DNA of 64,000 nucleotides from Cyanophyceae cyanobacterium (GCA_038321985.1 JBBQFN010000001.1:32001-96000), one strand, 5' to 3'. Positions 10,742 to 21,111 are shown, counted from the first letter of the stretch. Notes: a model not told the origin generated them from the sequence alone. Numbers and translations: made by a program.

Positions 10742-12472
10742 GTGAAAGTTCTTTATTTTTTACTCAAAACTGGTCTGTGTCTGAGTCTGCCTCTCGGCTT
10801 TTCCCTAGCGGCCACTCTGATCGCACCGATTCCCGCAATCGCACAAACCAATCAATCGGATAGTACAGGTCCAACCACGGGTACTACAACGACCACAACC
10901 ACGAATACCAATACCACCGTTACCAAGACAGTCGTTATCGTAGGAGGGTCTTCTGGGGGTGGCACAACCGTTGTTACCAACCAATCCGATAGTACCGGGG
11001 GTGTAATTGTCGGTGGGGGTACGATTATTCGAGAAATTACCATCTCGATTACCCGGATTTTAATCGACTCTAACCTGAGTGCATTGGCTCCATTTATGAT
11101 GCCAACCTCGGGTGGGGAAAGCACACCTGTTTCAACCCCAACCCCAACCCCAACCCCAACCCCAACTGGGGAACAGGTTTCGACCCCGGAACCCGCCCCT
11201 GTTATGGAATCTGCTGTCCCTGAACCGACCCCTCCAAGCCCACCGGCTACCACTGAACAGCCCCAACCCCAACAACCGGCTCCGGCTGCAACCAATCAAT
11301 CGGATTCCACGGGAAACAAGCCAGTAGAACTCCCTTCCCCGAGACCGGGTAATACCTCAAACCCCGCGATTCAAGCCGTGGAACTGTCTCAAGGAAATGG
11401 AGGTGGACGGTTTGTGATGCTCGTGCCTCCAGGTAACAGCGGAGTTCGTGGCAATGGTTTCGGAACGTTAGTGGCATTAGCCAATTTGGGAGAACTTGGA
11501 CCCATGCGCCTTTTAGGTCGTTGGACCTGGGGCAGTTGGGGCGGAATGCTAGTCCGAATCGGCAATCAGCGCATTTTTATTAGCCTTGCGGGGATTTCTC
11601 CGGGTTCATCGGAAAGTAACCCCGTGTTACCGGATGGGATGGAAGATGGAGCCTTTAGCTTTGTGGGTGTTGTCACAGGGGCCTGGGTTGACCCCCCGGT
11701 AGCCGAAGGCTTCCGCTACACTATGACCTCAGATTCTCTGTTTACGGAGATTCAAGACTTTCCGACAGGCTTCCCGAATCCGTTTACGGTTTCCGTCAAC
11801 GGTAAAGAACTGGGTGAATTTGGCCCTGGCGATTCTGTAGATTTTACCCAGTTTCCCGGCGGTGGCGTCAAAGAATTTACCATCACGGGTTTAACTCCCT
11901 TAGTGGATCCAGAGAACCCCATTGCCTTCCCCTTGCAAGTCGGGTTTGATACGGAAACCGCTGATTTTACAATGGGTGCGATCCTCGATCCCGAGGCAGT
12001 GGCGTACTATGAGGAAAATGCTCCCGGACCCGAACCCTTCACGTTTAATATTATGAGCGATGGTGGGACGATGGCGATAGCACCCGCTTCGACATCGGAA
12101 GTGTTGCGAGAAAATGCCGATCGCGTTGCTGGGGCGATCGCAGATTCCAGCAAACGTCAGCAGTTCTTAAACAGTGTCGCATCGGTGGAAACTGATTTGA
12201 ACAAGTTATCCTCCACCTTCCAAACCTTGTTACCTGTCGGTGGCGGACTGAATGCAACGGGATTAAATCCCTCGGTGAATTCAGTGGCAAGTCTACGCAA
12301 ATCCCTGCCGGTGTTACTCGAACAGTTATCTACTTTGTCCGATAATGCCTCTGAATCCGAAGCCATGGCAGTCGCCAAAATGGTAGACGAAGTGGAAGGT
12401 ATGACAACCTTATTGGAAGCTGTCACCCCCATGCTGTCTCAGATGAGAGAATCCCTCGCCACTGCGCGATAG
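10742..12472 (+). CDS. secreted Thr/Pro-rich protein with 3x TNQSDSTG motif, a beta-rich extracellular domain and a C-terminal helical region
   Basis: Strong RBS AAGGAGG 6 nt before GTG at 10742; signal peptide AIA-Q; poly-Thr and PT repeats; no PEP-CTERM tail. Confidence 0.8.
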   Translation: MKVLYFLLKTGLCLSLPLGFSLAATLIAPIPAIAQTNQSDSTGPTTGTTTTTTTNTNTTVTKTVVIVGGSSGGGTTVVTNQSDSTGGVIVGGGTIIREITISITRILIDSNLSALAPFMMPTSGGESTPVSTPTPTPTPTPTGEQVSTPEPAPVMESAVPEPTPPSPPATTEQPQPQQPAPAATNQSDSTGNKPVELPSPRPGNTSNPAIQAVELSQGNGGGRFVMLVPPGNSGVRGNGFGTLVALANLGELGPMRLLGRWTWGSWGGMLVRIGNQRIFISLAGISPGSSESNPVLPDGMEDGAFSFVGVVTGAWVDPPVAEGFRYTMTSDSLFTEIQDFPTGFPNPFTVSVNGKELGEFGPGDSVDFTQFPGGGVKEFTITGLTPLVDPENPIAFPLQVGFDTETADFTMGAILDPEAVAYYEENAPGPEPFTFNIMSDGGTMAIAPASTSEVLRENADRVAGAIADSSKRQQFLNSVASVETDLNKLSSTFQTLLPVGGGLNATGLNPSVNSVASLRKSLPVLLEQLSTLSDNASESEAMAVAKMVDEVEGMTTLLEAVTPMLSQMRESLATAR

Positions 12473-12552
12473 ACGGGCGACTGGTTTCTCGACATTAAAA
12501 CCTAGGCATCAACAGCCCTGGTTATTCCCTTGACACCAGCCAGGGTCAACTC

Positions 12553-12607
12553 ATCCGCCGACGAACAGCTTTTAAGTAAAAAGTGAGTTCATCGGCGGAT
12601 TTTTTTG
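12553..12607 (+). terminator. Rho-independent terminator of the 9728-12472 operon
   Basis: ATCCGCCGA (12553-12561) pairs with TCGGCGGAT (12592-12600), followed by a T-run. Confidence 0.8.
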
Positions 12608-12785
12608 TAGAGATGCGAAATTTCCCGTCTTTATACAGAATTCCTGAGAAACCCTACACTTCATGCCGGATGAGGCGATATAAACTCCAGATCCTCCTTT
12701 GCCAGCTAAAGATAAAATAGGTCTTTGACTAGCGAATTTGGTATCTACCAGGATTTGAGAACCTAATTGATATTCGGGCTACTTC

Positions 12786-13946
12786 TTATTTCGACAAGAT
12801 TAGGGTGCCGTGGTTGTCCATTGCCACAGGCTGTTGTGAATCAGCCCAGTCGCCATTCCTGGAATTTGCCCCTACACTAAAAGCCTGAAAATAGCGGCGG
12901 ACCTCCGGTGGAAACTCAGGAAAATCAAAACAGCCGTCTCCACAGGCAATATCTGCCCAGAAATAGCGTAAAGTTGGCGCTAGAATTTCCGCTTGAGACT
13001 GGGGCAAATTTAGGGGGGAAGCCATGAGTAACTGCATCATAAAGGGATGAGAGCGATCGCCCATCCACTCTCGCGACACTTCCCTCAATTGCGGCCATCC
13101 TGGGACCGATTCGATTTGATGGGTGCAGATATCTAAACACTGCTGCCCCTGGTGATCCGTGCGATAGTGAAATACTCGATAGGGGTGGGGATGACTGACT
13201 AGGGAGCCAGTCGTGATATCATAGAGGCCATGATCAGAGGCTACATCCTGGATGTGTAAATGCCCGGTTAACACGATCTGTACCCCTGCTTCTCGCAGGA
13301 TTTCGACCAGAGTCGGCGCATTGTCCAACATATACCGCTGCCCCATCGCGTGCTGAGATTGTCCGGGTAAGTGTTCTAAAATATTATGGTGAATTGTCAC
13401 CATCACCAGTTCATCGGGAGTGACTTGATCTAATACCCCTTGCAACCATACTAATTGGGCTTGATCCATTCGCCCCAGTTGCTTGCCATTTTGGTCAAAT
13501 TCGTTAGAATTAAGACCAATCAGGCGGACTCCAGGTAAGACTTTATGGCTATAGTAAAGTTGCTCGGGATTCTGATACCCAAATTGGCGATAATAAGCGG
13601 GAAAATCGGCCAGCCCAATCGACTTTTTATCCGCGATCGCCCCCGGGACGTCATGATTTCCGGGAATTACATAAGCAGGAAATGGCAATTCTGTCAAGCG
13701 GTCTGCTAACCATTTATGATTGGCCGGTTCTCCATGCTGAGTTAAATCCCCAGGTAGGATTAAAAAATCAATATCCAGTTGAGTTAAATGCTCAAGGGCG
13801 ATTTCTAAAGCCGGGATACTGGCTTCAACCAAATGAAAGCGGCTGGGATGATCCCAAATTGTTTCTGGGATAGCAACGTGCGGGTCACTGATAACGGCAA
13901 ATTTAAAATCCCGAATGGTCTTCTTTTTCAAAAATTTCCCAGTCAT
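12786..13946 (-). CDS. calcineurin-like metallophosphoesterase (CpdA/Icc-like)
   Basis: SDPH, PGDLT, PGNHD, HH and GHLH metal-binding motifs. Confidence 0.9.
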   Translation of the reverse strand: MTGKFLKKKTIRDFKFAVISDPHVAIPETIWDHPSRFHLVEASIPALEIALEHLTQLDIDFLILPGDLTQHGEPANHKWLADRLTELPFPAYVIPGNHDVPGAIADKKSIGLADFPAYYRQFGYQNPEQLYYSHKVLPGVRLIGLNSNEFDQNGKQLGRMDQAQLVWLQGVLDQVTPDELVMVTIHHNILEHLPGQSQHAMGQRYMLDNAPTLVEILREAGVQIVLTGHLHIQDVASDHGLYDITTGSLVSHPHPYRVFHYRTDHQGQQCLDICTHQIESVPGWPQLREVSREWMGDRSHPFMMQLLMASPLNLPQSQAEILAPTLRYFWADIACGDGCFDFPEFPPEVRRYFQAFSVGANSRNGDWADSQQPVAMDNHGTLILSK

Positions 13947-14157
13947 AAGTTATAAAATAAAAAACAAAGAGTTTCAGATAGAGGTAATCAAAAAATGGCT
14001 ATCAATTTCACAAAGGATTAACCTCTGATTCCGGTTTCTCAGGACCATTAAAATTCCGAGTGCATGATCCAATTGCGGTGTTTTCCCCTGGGTTTGATAG
14101 CCTCCATGAGGATCTCAACTAGAGTTTAAACTGTATTTAGTTTACCAAGGAAAGTAA

Positions 14158-15771
14158 ATGAGTGACACTGAAAATCCCACCAACAAACAACCCTTCGAGA
14201 TCGTACCCCAAAAATTGCCAGAGATAGAACCGGACAATCAACCCGGAGCTCCCCTCCTCAACCCTGAGATATCGAGTGTAGATTTACCCCCACAACAAGA
14301 GGACTGGGAAACGGTAGAATTTCCCCATGCCATCAGTATTGATGCCTTGTTAGTGAGCAGTGAGGAAGAAGAAAGGACGGGACAGATTCTCCGGAGTAAT
14401 GAGTCCATTGGGGAGGCGATCGCCCGCATTAATGCCCCCTCTATCTCCCCAGCAGCGTCACCCCCAGAAGTCCGGGTAGAACAATTGCAACAGGAGAATG
14501 TAGAACTTGATGGCAGAGTGGAACAATTAGAAACCCTGCTGCATGAATGTAGACAATCCTTACAGCAGCAGCGATCGCAAGCCTTAGATCGCCAAAAATT
14601 ATTAGATCGGCGCACCCTTGAACTCAAAAGTATTACCGGACAAATTGAGCATCTGTCTGAACATATCCAATCCGCGACTCGACAGATCCAACAGCAACAA
14701 CAACAAATCGCTTACTTAGGGACCGAACTGCAAACTAGCCAAGAGATTAGAGCAAAGCTGGAACGAGAATGTGCCCTAACTCAGCAAGGGTATCACGAAC
14801 AATCCCAAATTTTAGTCCAAACCCAAACCACTTGTCGGGACCTACGATCTCGCCTCCATCGCCAGCAACGCCACACCTTACAATTTAAAGCGGCCCTGGA
14901 AAAATGTATTGAGACCCCGTTAGAAAAAGCGAATGCGATCGCCTCCTTGGGGCACTCTACCCTAGAAGAACCCCTCGATACCCTCGAAACCCCAGCCTTA
15001 GATGCGATCGGCAACTCAAATCAATCCAACAACACCCGTTTTCCAAAAGCCGACCCCATCAAACCCTGGTCAATTTCTGATTCTGATGAAGAAGAACCCC
15101 TGCGGCACACCGTTCAAGAATTGAAACCCGGGGCAGACTTGTCCAAAATCCGCCTACCTTTATCCGCCAAAGGCGAGAATTTGAAACCGTTTCCGTCCCA
15201 TATTCCAGCCCAGGAACCGATCCCTGAGCAACGCTCTACTCGGACCGAAATTCAACCCCAAGAACCGGAAAATGAGCAGCCCGTCTGGGAAGATTTAGAT
15301 TCTTTAATAGAGAAGCCTCGTTTGGAATCTAAACGCGATCGCCCAGTCATTTTGACGCCGGCGACGCCCTCTTCTTTATCCTTGCATCTGCCGTCCGTAT
15401 CCATCATTTCTCCATTAACCGATCGCCTCAGCGATCGCACCTCAAGCAGCCGGTCAAACGTAGATACACCCCCGGCCACTTCTCAGCCTGAACCCCTATT
15501 AACAGGCAGCAGCGAGGTGCAATTGTTGTTACAAGCGAAAGCATTTTCTGAACAATCCCAAGGAAATACTTCAACCCCGCTAAATTTGTCCGAAAACTCC
15601 TCCCAAACGGGGCAGGAACAGCCCAATTTAGGGCCTAATACCTCCTCCAACAGTGGAGAGTCAAACGAAGCCAGTTGGCCCGCACCCGTCGTCTATCCTG
15701 TGCGATCGGCACAAAAAAAACGACACTCTTTCTCAGCGGTAGAATTACCAACTTTTTCTAATAACAAATAA
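14158..15771 (+). CDS. hypothetical coiled-coil protein
   Basis: 537 aa; Q/E/L-rich coiled coil (DLRSRLHRQQRHTLQFKAALEKC), low-complexity linker, C-terminal WPAPVVYP..VELPTF. Confidence 0.8.
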   Translation: MSDTENPTNKQPFEIVPQKLPEIEPDNQPGAPLLNPEISSVDLPPQQEDWETVEFPHAISIDALLVSSEEEERTGQILRSNESIGEAIARINAPSISPAASPPEVRVEQLQQENVELDGRVEQLETLLHECRQSLQQQRSQALDRQKLLDRRTLELKSITGQIEHLSEHIQSATRQIQQQQQQIAYLGTELQTSQEIRAKLERECALTQQGYHEQSQILVQTQTTCRDLRSRLHRQQRHTLQFKAALEKCIETPLEKANAIASLGHSTLEEPLDTLETPALDAIGNSNQSNNTRFPKADPIKPWSISDSDEEEPLRHTVQELKPGADLSKIRLPLSAKGENLKPFPSHIPAQEPIPEQRSTRTEIQPQEPENEQPVWEDLDSLIEKPRLESKRDRPVILTPATPSSLSLHLPSVSIISPLTDRLSDRTSSSRSNVDTPPATSQPEPLLTGSSEVQLLLQAKAFSEQSQGNTSTPLNLSENSSQTGQEQPNLGPNTSSNSGESNEASWPAPVVYPVRSAQKKRHSFSAVELPTFSNNK

Positions 15772-15885
15772 GGAGACTTACAAGGGTAAATTTTTTAGGA
15801 CAAATCCTATTCAATCAATACAGAGACCTCCAGTCCCCTCCCCAAGACAGAGGGGAGGGATATCTCCCCTCTCTACCGCTCTTTT

Positions 15886-17970
15886 TTAGCCACTCACCCC
15901 TTCTTCCACCGTTGGATTTTTGCTTAGATTCCAGCGCTTTAACTCTCCTTGTGGGCGTCCGAGTCCATCAGTCAGAGCATAACTTTTGGCTAATAACCAC
16001 AGCCATAACCCGGGAAATCGGGGTTCTAATCCGGGTTGAATATTGCGGACTAATCCAGGTAACCAAGCTAATAACCAGCTCAATAGAGAAATCACCGTAA
16101 AGTAAAGATAACTGCCGACCCAGCGCAGCATATCTTTAGGCCCAGCTAGCTCCCAAATCCATAACAATAAGGATGGGTTTTGCCAAGCCGCTTTGAGTGC
16201 TAATCGATGAAATGTCAGCCAGTCTACCCGGTCTTTAATAAAGGTATCAGCAACAGGTTCGGGTTCTCCAGCTAATACTCCAAAAAATGTATTAAGCATG
16301 GAGTTAATGCGTTCAGGCGGCAAAAACCGACCCGTTGGCACCATCATGCCTTTAGAAAATAGCCACGTTACAGCAACATTGCTCTGAAAGGCGCGAATTT
16401 GATTTAAGTGACGTGACTCCAACAAATCATGTTTAAGGGCGGTATCCAGCAGATTGGTTAACCGTGCCATATTGCGGACGAGGGAACCAAATCCGGTAAA
16501 TACCAGGGGAGATTGCAAAGAGGCAGCATCTCCGATCGCGATCAAACGGTTGACTGCCACCCGGCGATCGTGACTGGCAACACTAAAATATCCTGGAATA
16601 TAACCAAATGTGGCTTTTTTCCACTCTAGGCGATCGAGATCGCAGCGTCGATACTCTGGCAGAATTGTAAAAAAGTCTTCGTACATTTCCAATAACGAAC
16701 CGGGGTTATCGGGGTGTACCTGATGGTAGTGGAACAAATAAAACGTTAGTTCTGAACCCGAACCTGGGAATAACTCCCAAATCAGTTGTCGTCCCCGGGA
16801 AATATCCCCATGACTGTTAAGAACATCGCCATATTGGTAATCCCAAACCCCGGGTTCAAATCCATCATTAATCACCGCACCAACCGTCGGACAAACACTA
16901 TCGAAAGTGCGACTGCCGTTAAGCTGCCATGCGATCGGGGAAGCAGTTCCCATTGCATCCACCAACAGGCGACCCTCGGCGACTCGTTCCTCTCCAGTGG
17001 GTAGATGTTTTGCCTTGACAATGACCTGCTGGGGTTCTACTTCAGCACTGATAAATTCTGTTTCATCCCAAATTTCTCCCCCGGCTTCCCGGAGTTTTGT
17101 CCCACAAATTTTAAGCAATTTTTCTGCATCTAAGGCAATATTGAGAACCGTAGGCGTATGCAGAATGGGGGCTTTGCATTGGGGGGGATTATTCGCATCA
17201 AAAAATTTATGAAACCCATCTTTATATTCACAGGCAATAATACTTTCAAATTCGGCTGAGGTAAATAAACCCAGGTCAATCAGGTTTTGAAATTCACCCC
17301 GGGAAATATTCCATTCCCGATTCATGCGACCAAAAGGCAACCGTTCCAACAGTAGAACCCGATAGCCAAGTCGCGCCATTACGGCTGCATGAATTACCCC
17401 CAAGGCCCCGCCAATGTAGATTAAATCGTAAGGGGGAGGAGTGGAGGATTCGCTTTGGGTTTTTTGAAAGAGAACCTGTTTGGGTTGTTGGGGATTGCGA
17501 ACTCCTTCGCGCCACCGTTGTTCCCACCAGTAAACGCGCTTGAGGTCGTATTCTCCGTTGGGAATTTTTTGAAAGTATTTAACAGTCAGGGGGTAATCTG
17601 AGGCTAATGCTTCAAAGATACTTTGCTCGGATAAGTCGATCGCCGGAGGTTCGGGATAATGGCAGGGAAACCGATTTCTCACCTGGTCAGTCAACCGTGC
17701 CAGGACTTGTTTTTCCCCCGGAATAGGTTTGTCAGACCACCGGAAGACTTTGATGTAGACGGTTCTCTGAACAGTCCAGGCAAAGATAGAGAGTTCCCTA
17801 GAGAGTTGAGGTTCTACAGCGGATTGGGCGAGTTCTTGACAAAATTCGATTCTTATGCCATCACGAGTAAAGAGTTTTTTCCCATGGTCCAGAGTGAAGT
17901 CCTGGTGCAACCAAGTACGAACGGCTTCAATATCAGGGGTGGGAACTTCTAAATAGAGGATTTCTTTCAT
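15886..17970 (-). CDS. cruA: CruA-type lycopene cyclase (FAD-dependent)
   Basis: YDLIYIGGALG Rossmann motif, REWNISR, DAMGTASPIA, GDAASLQSPLVFTGFGS; long N-terminal extension points to CruA rather than CruP. Confidence 0.85.
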   Translation of the reverse strand: MKEILYLEVPTPDIEAVRTWLHQDFTLDHGKKLFTRDGIRIEFCQELAQSAVEPQLSRELSIFAWTVQRTVYIKVFRWSDKPIPGEKQVLARLTDQVRNRFPCHYPEPPAIDLSEQSIFEALASDYPLTVKYFQKIPNGEYDLKRVYWWEQRWREGVRNPQQPKQVLFQKTQSESSTPPPYDLIYIGGALGVIHAAVMARLGYRVLLLERLPFGRMNREWNISRGEFQNLIDLGLFTSAEFESIIACEYKDGFHKFFDANNPPQCKAPILHTPTVLNIALDAEKLLKICGTKLREAGGEIWDETEFISAEVEPQQVIVKAKHLPTGEERVAEGRLLVDAMGTASPIAWQLNGSRTFDSVCPTVGAVINDGFEPGVWDYQYGDVLNSHGDISRGRQLIWELFPGSGSELTFYLFHYHQVHPDNPGSLLEMYEDFFTILPEYRRCDLDRLEWKKATFGYIPGYFSVASHDRRVAVNRLIAIGDAASLQSPLVFTGFGSLVRNMARLTNLLDTALKHDLLESRHLNQIRAFQSNVAVTWLFSKGMMVPTGRFLPPERINSMLNTFFGVLAGEPEPVADTFIKDRVDWLTFHRLALKAAWQNPSLLLWIWELAGPKDMLRWVGSYLYFTVISLLSWLLAWLPGLVRNIQPGLEPRFPGLWLWLLAKSYALTDGLGRPQGELKRWNLSKNPTVEEGVSG

Positions 17971-18011
17971 TATGAGCGAGATTTACTCCAATAAATCGGC
18001 TAAAAATAGGG

Positions 18012-18039
18012 TTGACAAGGGGGAAAAGTGCGCTAAGAT
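18012..18039 (+). promoter_or_regulatory. sigma70-type promoter
   Basis: TTGACA-16 nt-TAAGAT upstream of the 18123 ORF. Confidence 0.5.
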
Positions 18040-18122
18040 TCCGGTTACAGAATTAAAATTCCTTAAAAAAAGTTAAGAACCTCATCATATTTATTGAGAC
18101 CCAGGAGATCTGCGGATTAACC

Positions 18123-18356
18123 ATGAATTATCCCATTCCCACGAGTCCACAAGAACTTGTTGCGCTGCGGCAACAACCCATCGATGAAGAATTAGTAGCA
18201 TCGGCGATCGCGGGGGTGATACAAATTGCACGAGCACAGGGGAAGTCTTTAGACGAAGTGACGGCAGAGGTCCTAGCCGATGACTCGCTTCTAGACTTAC
18301 ATCAGCGACGGTGGCTGAGTGAATTAGTCTCTCAAGCCTGGGATAGCCTAGGGTAG
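18123..18356 (+). CDS. small cyanobacterial hypothetical protein
   Basis: 77-aa ORF (ELVASAIAGVI..ARAQGKSLDEVTAEVLADD..RRWLS) with an upstream promoter-like motif. Confidence 0.75.
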   Translation: MNYPIPTSPQELVALRQQPIDEELVASAIAGVIQIARAQGKSLDEVTAEVLADDSLLDLHQRRWLSELVSQAWDSLG

Positions 18357-18671
18357 CCAGAAATAGCACCCAATCTTACCCTATTCTAGGCGCTAGGGTA
18401 GCGGAGCTTCTTCAGCCTCGGACAGGTTATACCAAAAGCATGAAACTCTAATGATTCCCGTTTCCATAGCGATCGCTCCGCCCTTCGGGGAGGGCTTTGA
18501 TCCAGCACAATTGCGTACTTTAGTTGATTGAACAGACTTCTGGGGTTTCTGTCAACTCCACCCCGACACCCCCACAGAATACCCGCGATCGCGTTTCTCT
18601 TGCGATCGCGGGTATAATTTCATCCCCGGTTCAGCATAAAATCATCTTAAGTTCATTACAAAGATCCGACC

Positions 18672-19226
18672 TTGGATATACTCTTACGCCTATCCACCCT
18701 CATTGATCGTCTGAATGAATATATCGGACGTTTCTTGAGTTGGCTGGTCCTGCTCATGGTCCTCGTTGGCGTCTGGAACGTCATCGGTCGCTATCTGGGG
18801 CGTGCAGTAGGTCAAAATCTGACCTCCAATGCCCTGATCGAAGGCCAATGGTACATTTTCGATATTATTTTTCTATGGGGTGCGGCCTATGCCCTCAAGC
18901 ATGACGAGCACGTTCGGGTCGATGTTTTCTATAGCAATTGGTCCCCCAAGCGGAAAGCCTTAGTAGACTTTCTCGGCACTATTTTATTCCTAATTCCTTT
19001 CTCTATTCTGATCATATTTTTCTCCTGGAATACTGTCGTCCAATCCTGGGCGATCGGTGAAGTCTCCCCGGACCCCGGTGGATTACCTCGCTACCCCATT
19101 AAAACGGTCATTCTGATCGGCTTCGCCCTCCTCATTCTCCAAGGAATTTCCGAAGCTATTAAAAAGTTTGCCATTTTCCAAGGCTGGCTACCAGCCCACG
19201 AGGAACGACATGAATCTGAGTTATGA
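18672..19226 (+). CDS. dctQ: TRAP transporter small permease (DctQ, GtrA-like)
   Basis: Four TM helices, HVRVDVFY motif, SPDPGGLP; overlaps the dctM start. Confidence 0.92.
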   Translation: MDILLRLSTLIDRLNEYIGRFLSWLVLLMVLVGVWNVIGRYLGRAVGQNLTSNALIEGQWYIFDIIFLWGAAYALKHDEHVRVDVFYSNWSPKRKALVDFLGTILFLIPFSILIIFFSWNTVVQSWAIGEVSPDPGGLPRYPIKTVILIGFALLILQGISEAIKKFAIFQGWLPAHEERHESEL

Positions 19227-20550
19227 CTATCAATGGCTAGGACCTGCTATGTTTGCCGGTGCCTTAGTCTTATTATCCTTTGGTTATCCTGTCGCATTTT
19301 CCCTCGGTGGCGTCGCCATCCTGTTTGGTCTTTTAGGGATGGCTTTGGGTGTATTTGACCCGATCATGTTAAACGCGATGCCTTTAAGAATCTTTGGCAT
19401 CATGGAAAACTATACCCTCCTGGCTATCCCCTACTTTATCTTTATGGGGGCAATGCTTGAAAAATCTGGCATTGCCGAAAACCTGTTAGAAACGATGGGA
19501 ATTCTATTCGGGCGCTTGCGGGGGGGATTGGCCCTGGCGGTAGTATTAGTCGGCGCATTATTAGCCGCCACCACCGGGGTCGTCGCCGCAACCGTAGTGG
19601 CGATGGGATTAATTTCCCTACCCATTATGCTGAGATATGGCTATAACAAAGAACTAGCAACCGGGGTAATTGCAGCTTCGGGAACCCTAGGACAAATTAT
19701 CCCACCTTCTGTTGTTTTAGTGGTACTTGGGGACCAATTAGGAATCTCCGTCGGCGATTTATTTATGGGTTCATTGATACCGGGATTAATGATGGCCGGT
19801 GCCTTTGCCCTGCACGTTATCATTATTGCTTTTTTACGGCCTGATTTAGCCCCAGCATTGCCTCCCGAAGTTCGCACCATGACCGGGAAAAAGTTGCTGA
19901 TTCGCATCATCACCGTCATGATCCCGCCCACCCTCTTAATTTTATTAGTTCTGGGTAGTATCTTTTTTGGTATTGCCACCCCCACAGAAGCTGGGGCTGT
20001 CGGTGCATTGGGGGCAACTGTTCTGGCTTGGGCCAATCGACGCATCAGTTGGGCATCCATGCAAGGCGTCTGTGATATCACCCTACGGACCACCACAATG
20101 GTGATGCTCATCCTCATCGGTTCCACCGCATTTAGCCTAATTTTCCGAGGATTACATGGGGATAGCTTCATGTTTGATTTACTTACCAACCTCCCCGGAG
20201 AAACTACAGGCTTTTTGTTCGTGAGTATGCTGACGGTTTTCATCCTAGGATTCTTTATCGATTTCTTTGAAATTGCATTTATTGTGGTCCCTCTCTTTGT
20301 TCCTGTCGCCCAAACATTAGGTTTAGATCTGGTGTGGTTTGGCGTGATTTTGGGGGCCAACCTCCAAACTTCTTTTTTAACTCCCCCCTTTGGTTTTGCT
20401 TTATTTTATCTGCGCGGCATTGCGCCGCCTGAAGTAACAACGGGAGATATTTATCGGGGGGTAATTCCGTTTATTTTGATTCAACTGTTTGTGTTAATTC
20501 TGTTGATTATATTTCCCGGAATTGTTAGTTTTTTACCCTCTCTTTCTTGA
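19210..20550 (+). CDS. dctM: TRAP transporter large permease (DctM, GtrB-like)
   Basis: LLAIPYFIFMG, GTLGQIIPPS, ATPTEAGA and LTPPFG motifs; ATG at 19210. Confidence 0.94.
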   Translation: MNLSYDYQWLGPAMFAGALVLLSFGYPVAFSLGGVAILFGLLGMALGVFDPIMLNAMPLRIFGIMENYTLLAIPYFIFMGAMLEKSGIAENLLETMGILFGRLRGGLALAVVLVGALLAATTGVVAATVVAMGLISLPIMLRYGYNKELATGVIAASGTLGQIIPPSVVLVVLGDQLGISVGDLFMGSLIPGLMMAGAFALHVIIIAFLRPDLAPALPPEVRTMTGKKLLIRIITVMIPPTLLILLVLGSIFFGIATPTEAGAVGALGATVLAWANRRISWASMQGVCDITLRTTTMVMLILIGSTAFSLIFRGLHGDSFMFDLLTNLPGETTGFLFVSMLTVFILGFFIDFFEIAFIVVPLFVPVAQTLGLDLVWFGVILGANLQTSFLTPPFGFALFYLRGIAPPEVTTGDIYRGVIPFILIQLFVLILLIIFPGIVSFLPSLS

Positions 20551-20652
20551 AAAAATCCCCCACCCAGCTAGGGTGGGGGATAGTTGTTAAATAAATCGCG
20601 TTGAGGGGGTTTTAAACCTATTTGAATTGTCCCGGATATTGAAAAAGTCCCC

Positions 20653-21111
20653 CTAACTTAATGAAACCGAACTGCGGGTATAGGAGGCTCGAAAACTCGG
20701 ATGAACTTTGCCTTGGATACGATTCCAGTAGTTAGAAATATCGCTAGCCAGTCCCACTTCAGCCGCCGCTCGACTGAGCATAGACTGTTGTCTTTTCTTG
20801 ATAGAATGACAGTTCGACAGGTTCAAAGCCCGAGCTTTTTCCTCTAAATTTAATGCCAATAACTGCTCAACCGATGAAGGGGTGGCTAAGACTGAAATAT
20901 CGGGGTCTGCTGTGGCTACAACGGGGGCCGTGCCTGGAGAAGAATTGATACTCCCATACAGGAGTGTAAAGGGGGGTTCCTCCATCGGATAGGTTGTGGT
21001 ATTGCTAAACCGCCAGTGTACCCCCCGATATTGACCGGGCATTTCTACGCTAATATTGGAGGCGGGAACGGGGTTAGATTCGTAGCTAACCACATGATAG
21101 GTGAGTTTCAT
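20653..21111 (-). CDS. gifB: glutamine synthetase inactivating factor IF17 (DUF4278 N-terminus + IF7-like C-terminus)
   Basis: N-terminal MKLTY..YRGVHW (DUF4278-like); C-terminal KARAL..IKKRQQSMLSRAAAEVG..YWNRIQGK..SFRASY.RS..SLS matches IF7/IF17; riboswitch and NtcA box upstream. Confidence 0.9.
   Translation of the reverse strand: MKLTYHVVSYESNPVPASNISVEMPGQYRGVHWRFSNTTTYPMEEPPFTLLYGSINSSPGTAPVVATADPDISVLATPSSVEQLLALNLEEKARALNLSNCHSIKKRQQSMLSRAAAEVGLASDISNYWNRIQGKVHPSFRASYTRSSVSLS

Noticed and set aside
11133..11167. (ACCCCA)n hexamer repeat
   Set aside because: Encodes the PTPTPT linker of the secreted protein; not an independent element.
19641..20360. 239-aa minus-strand ORF
   Set aside because: Antisense to dctM; long antisense frames are typical of hydrophobic membrane-protein genes.
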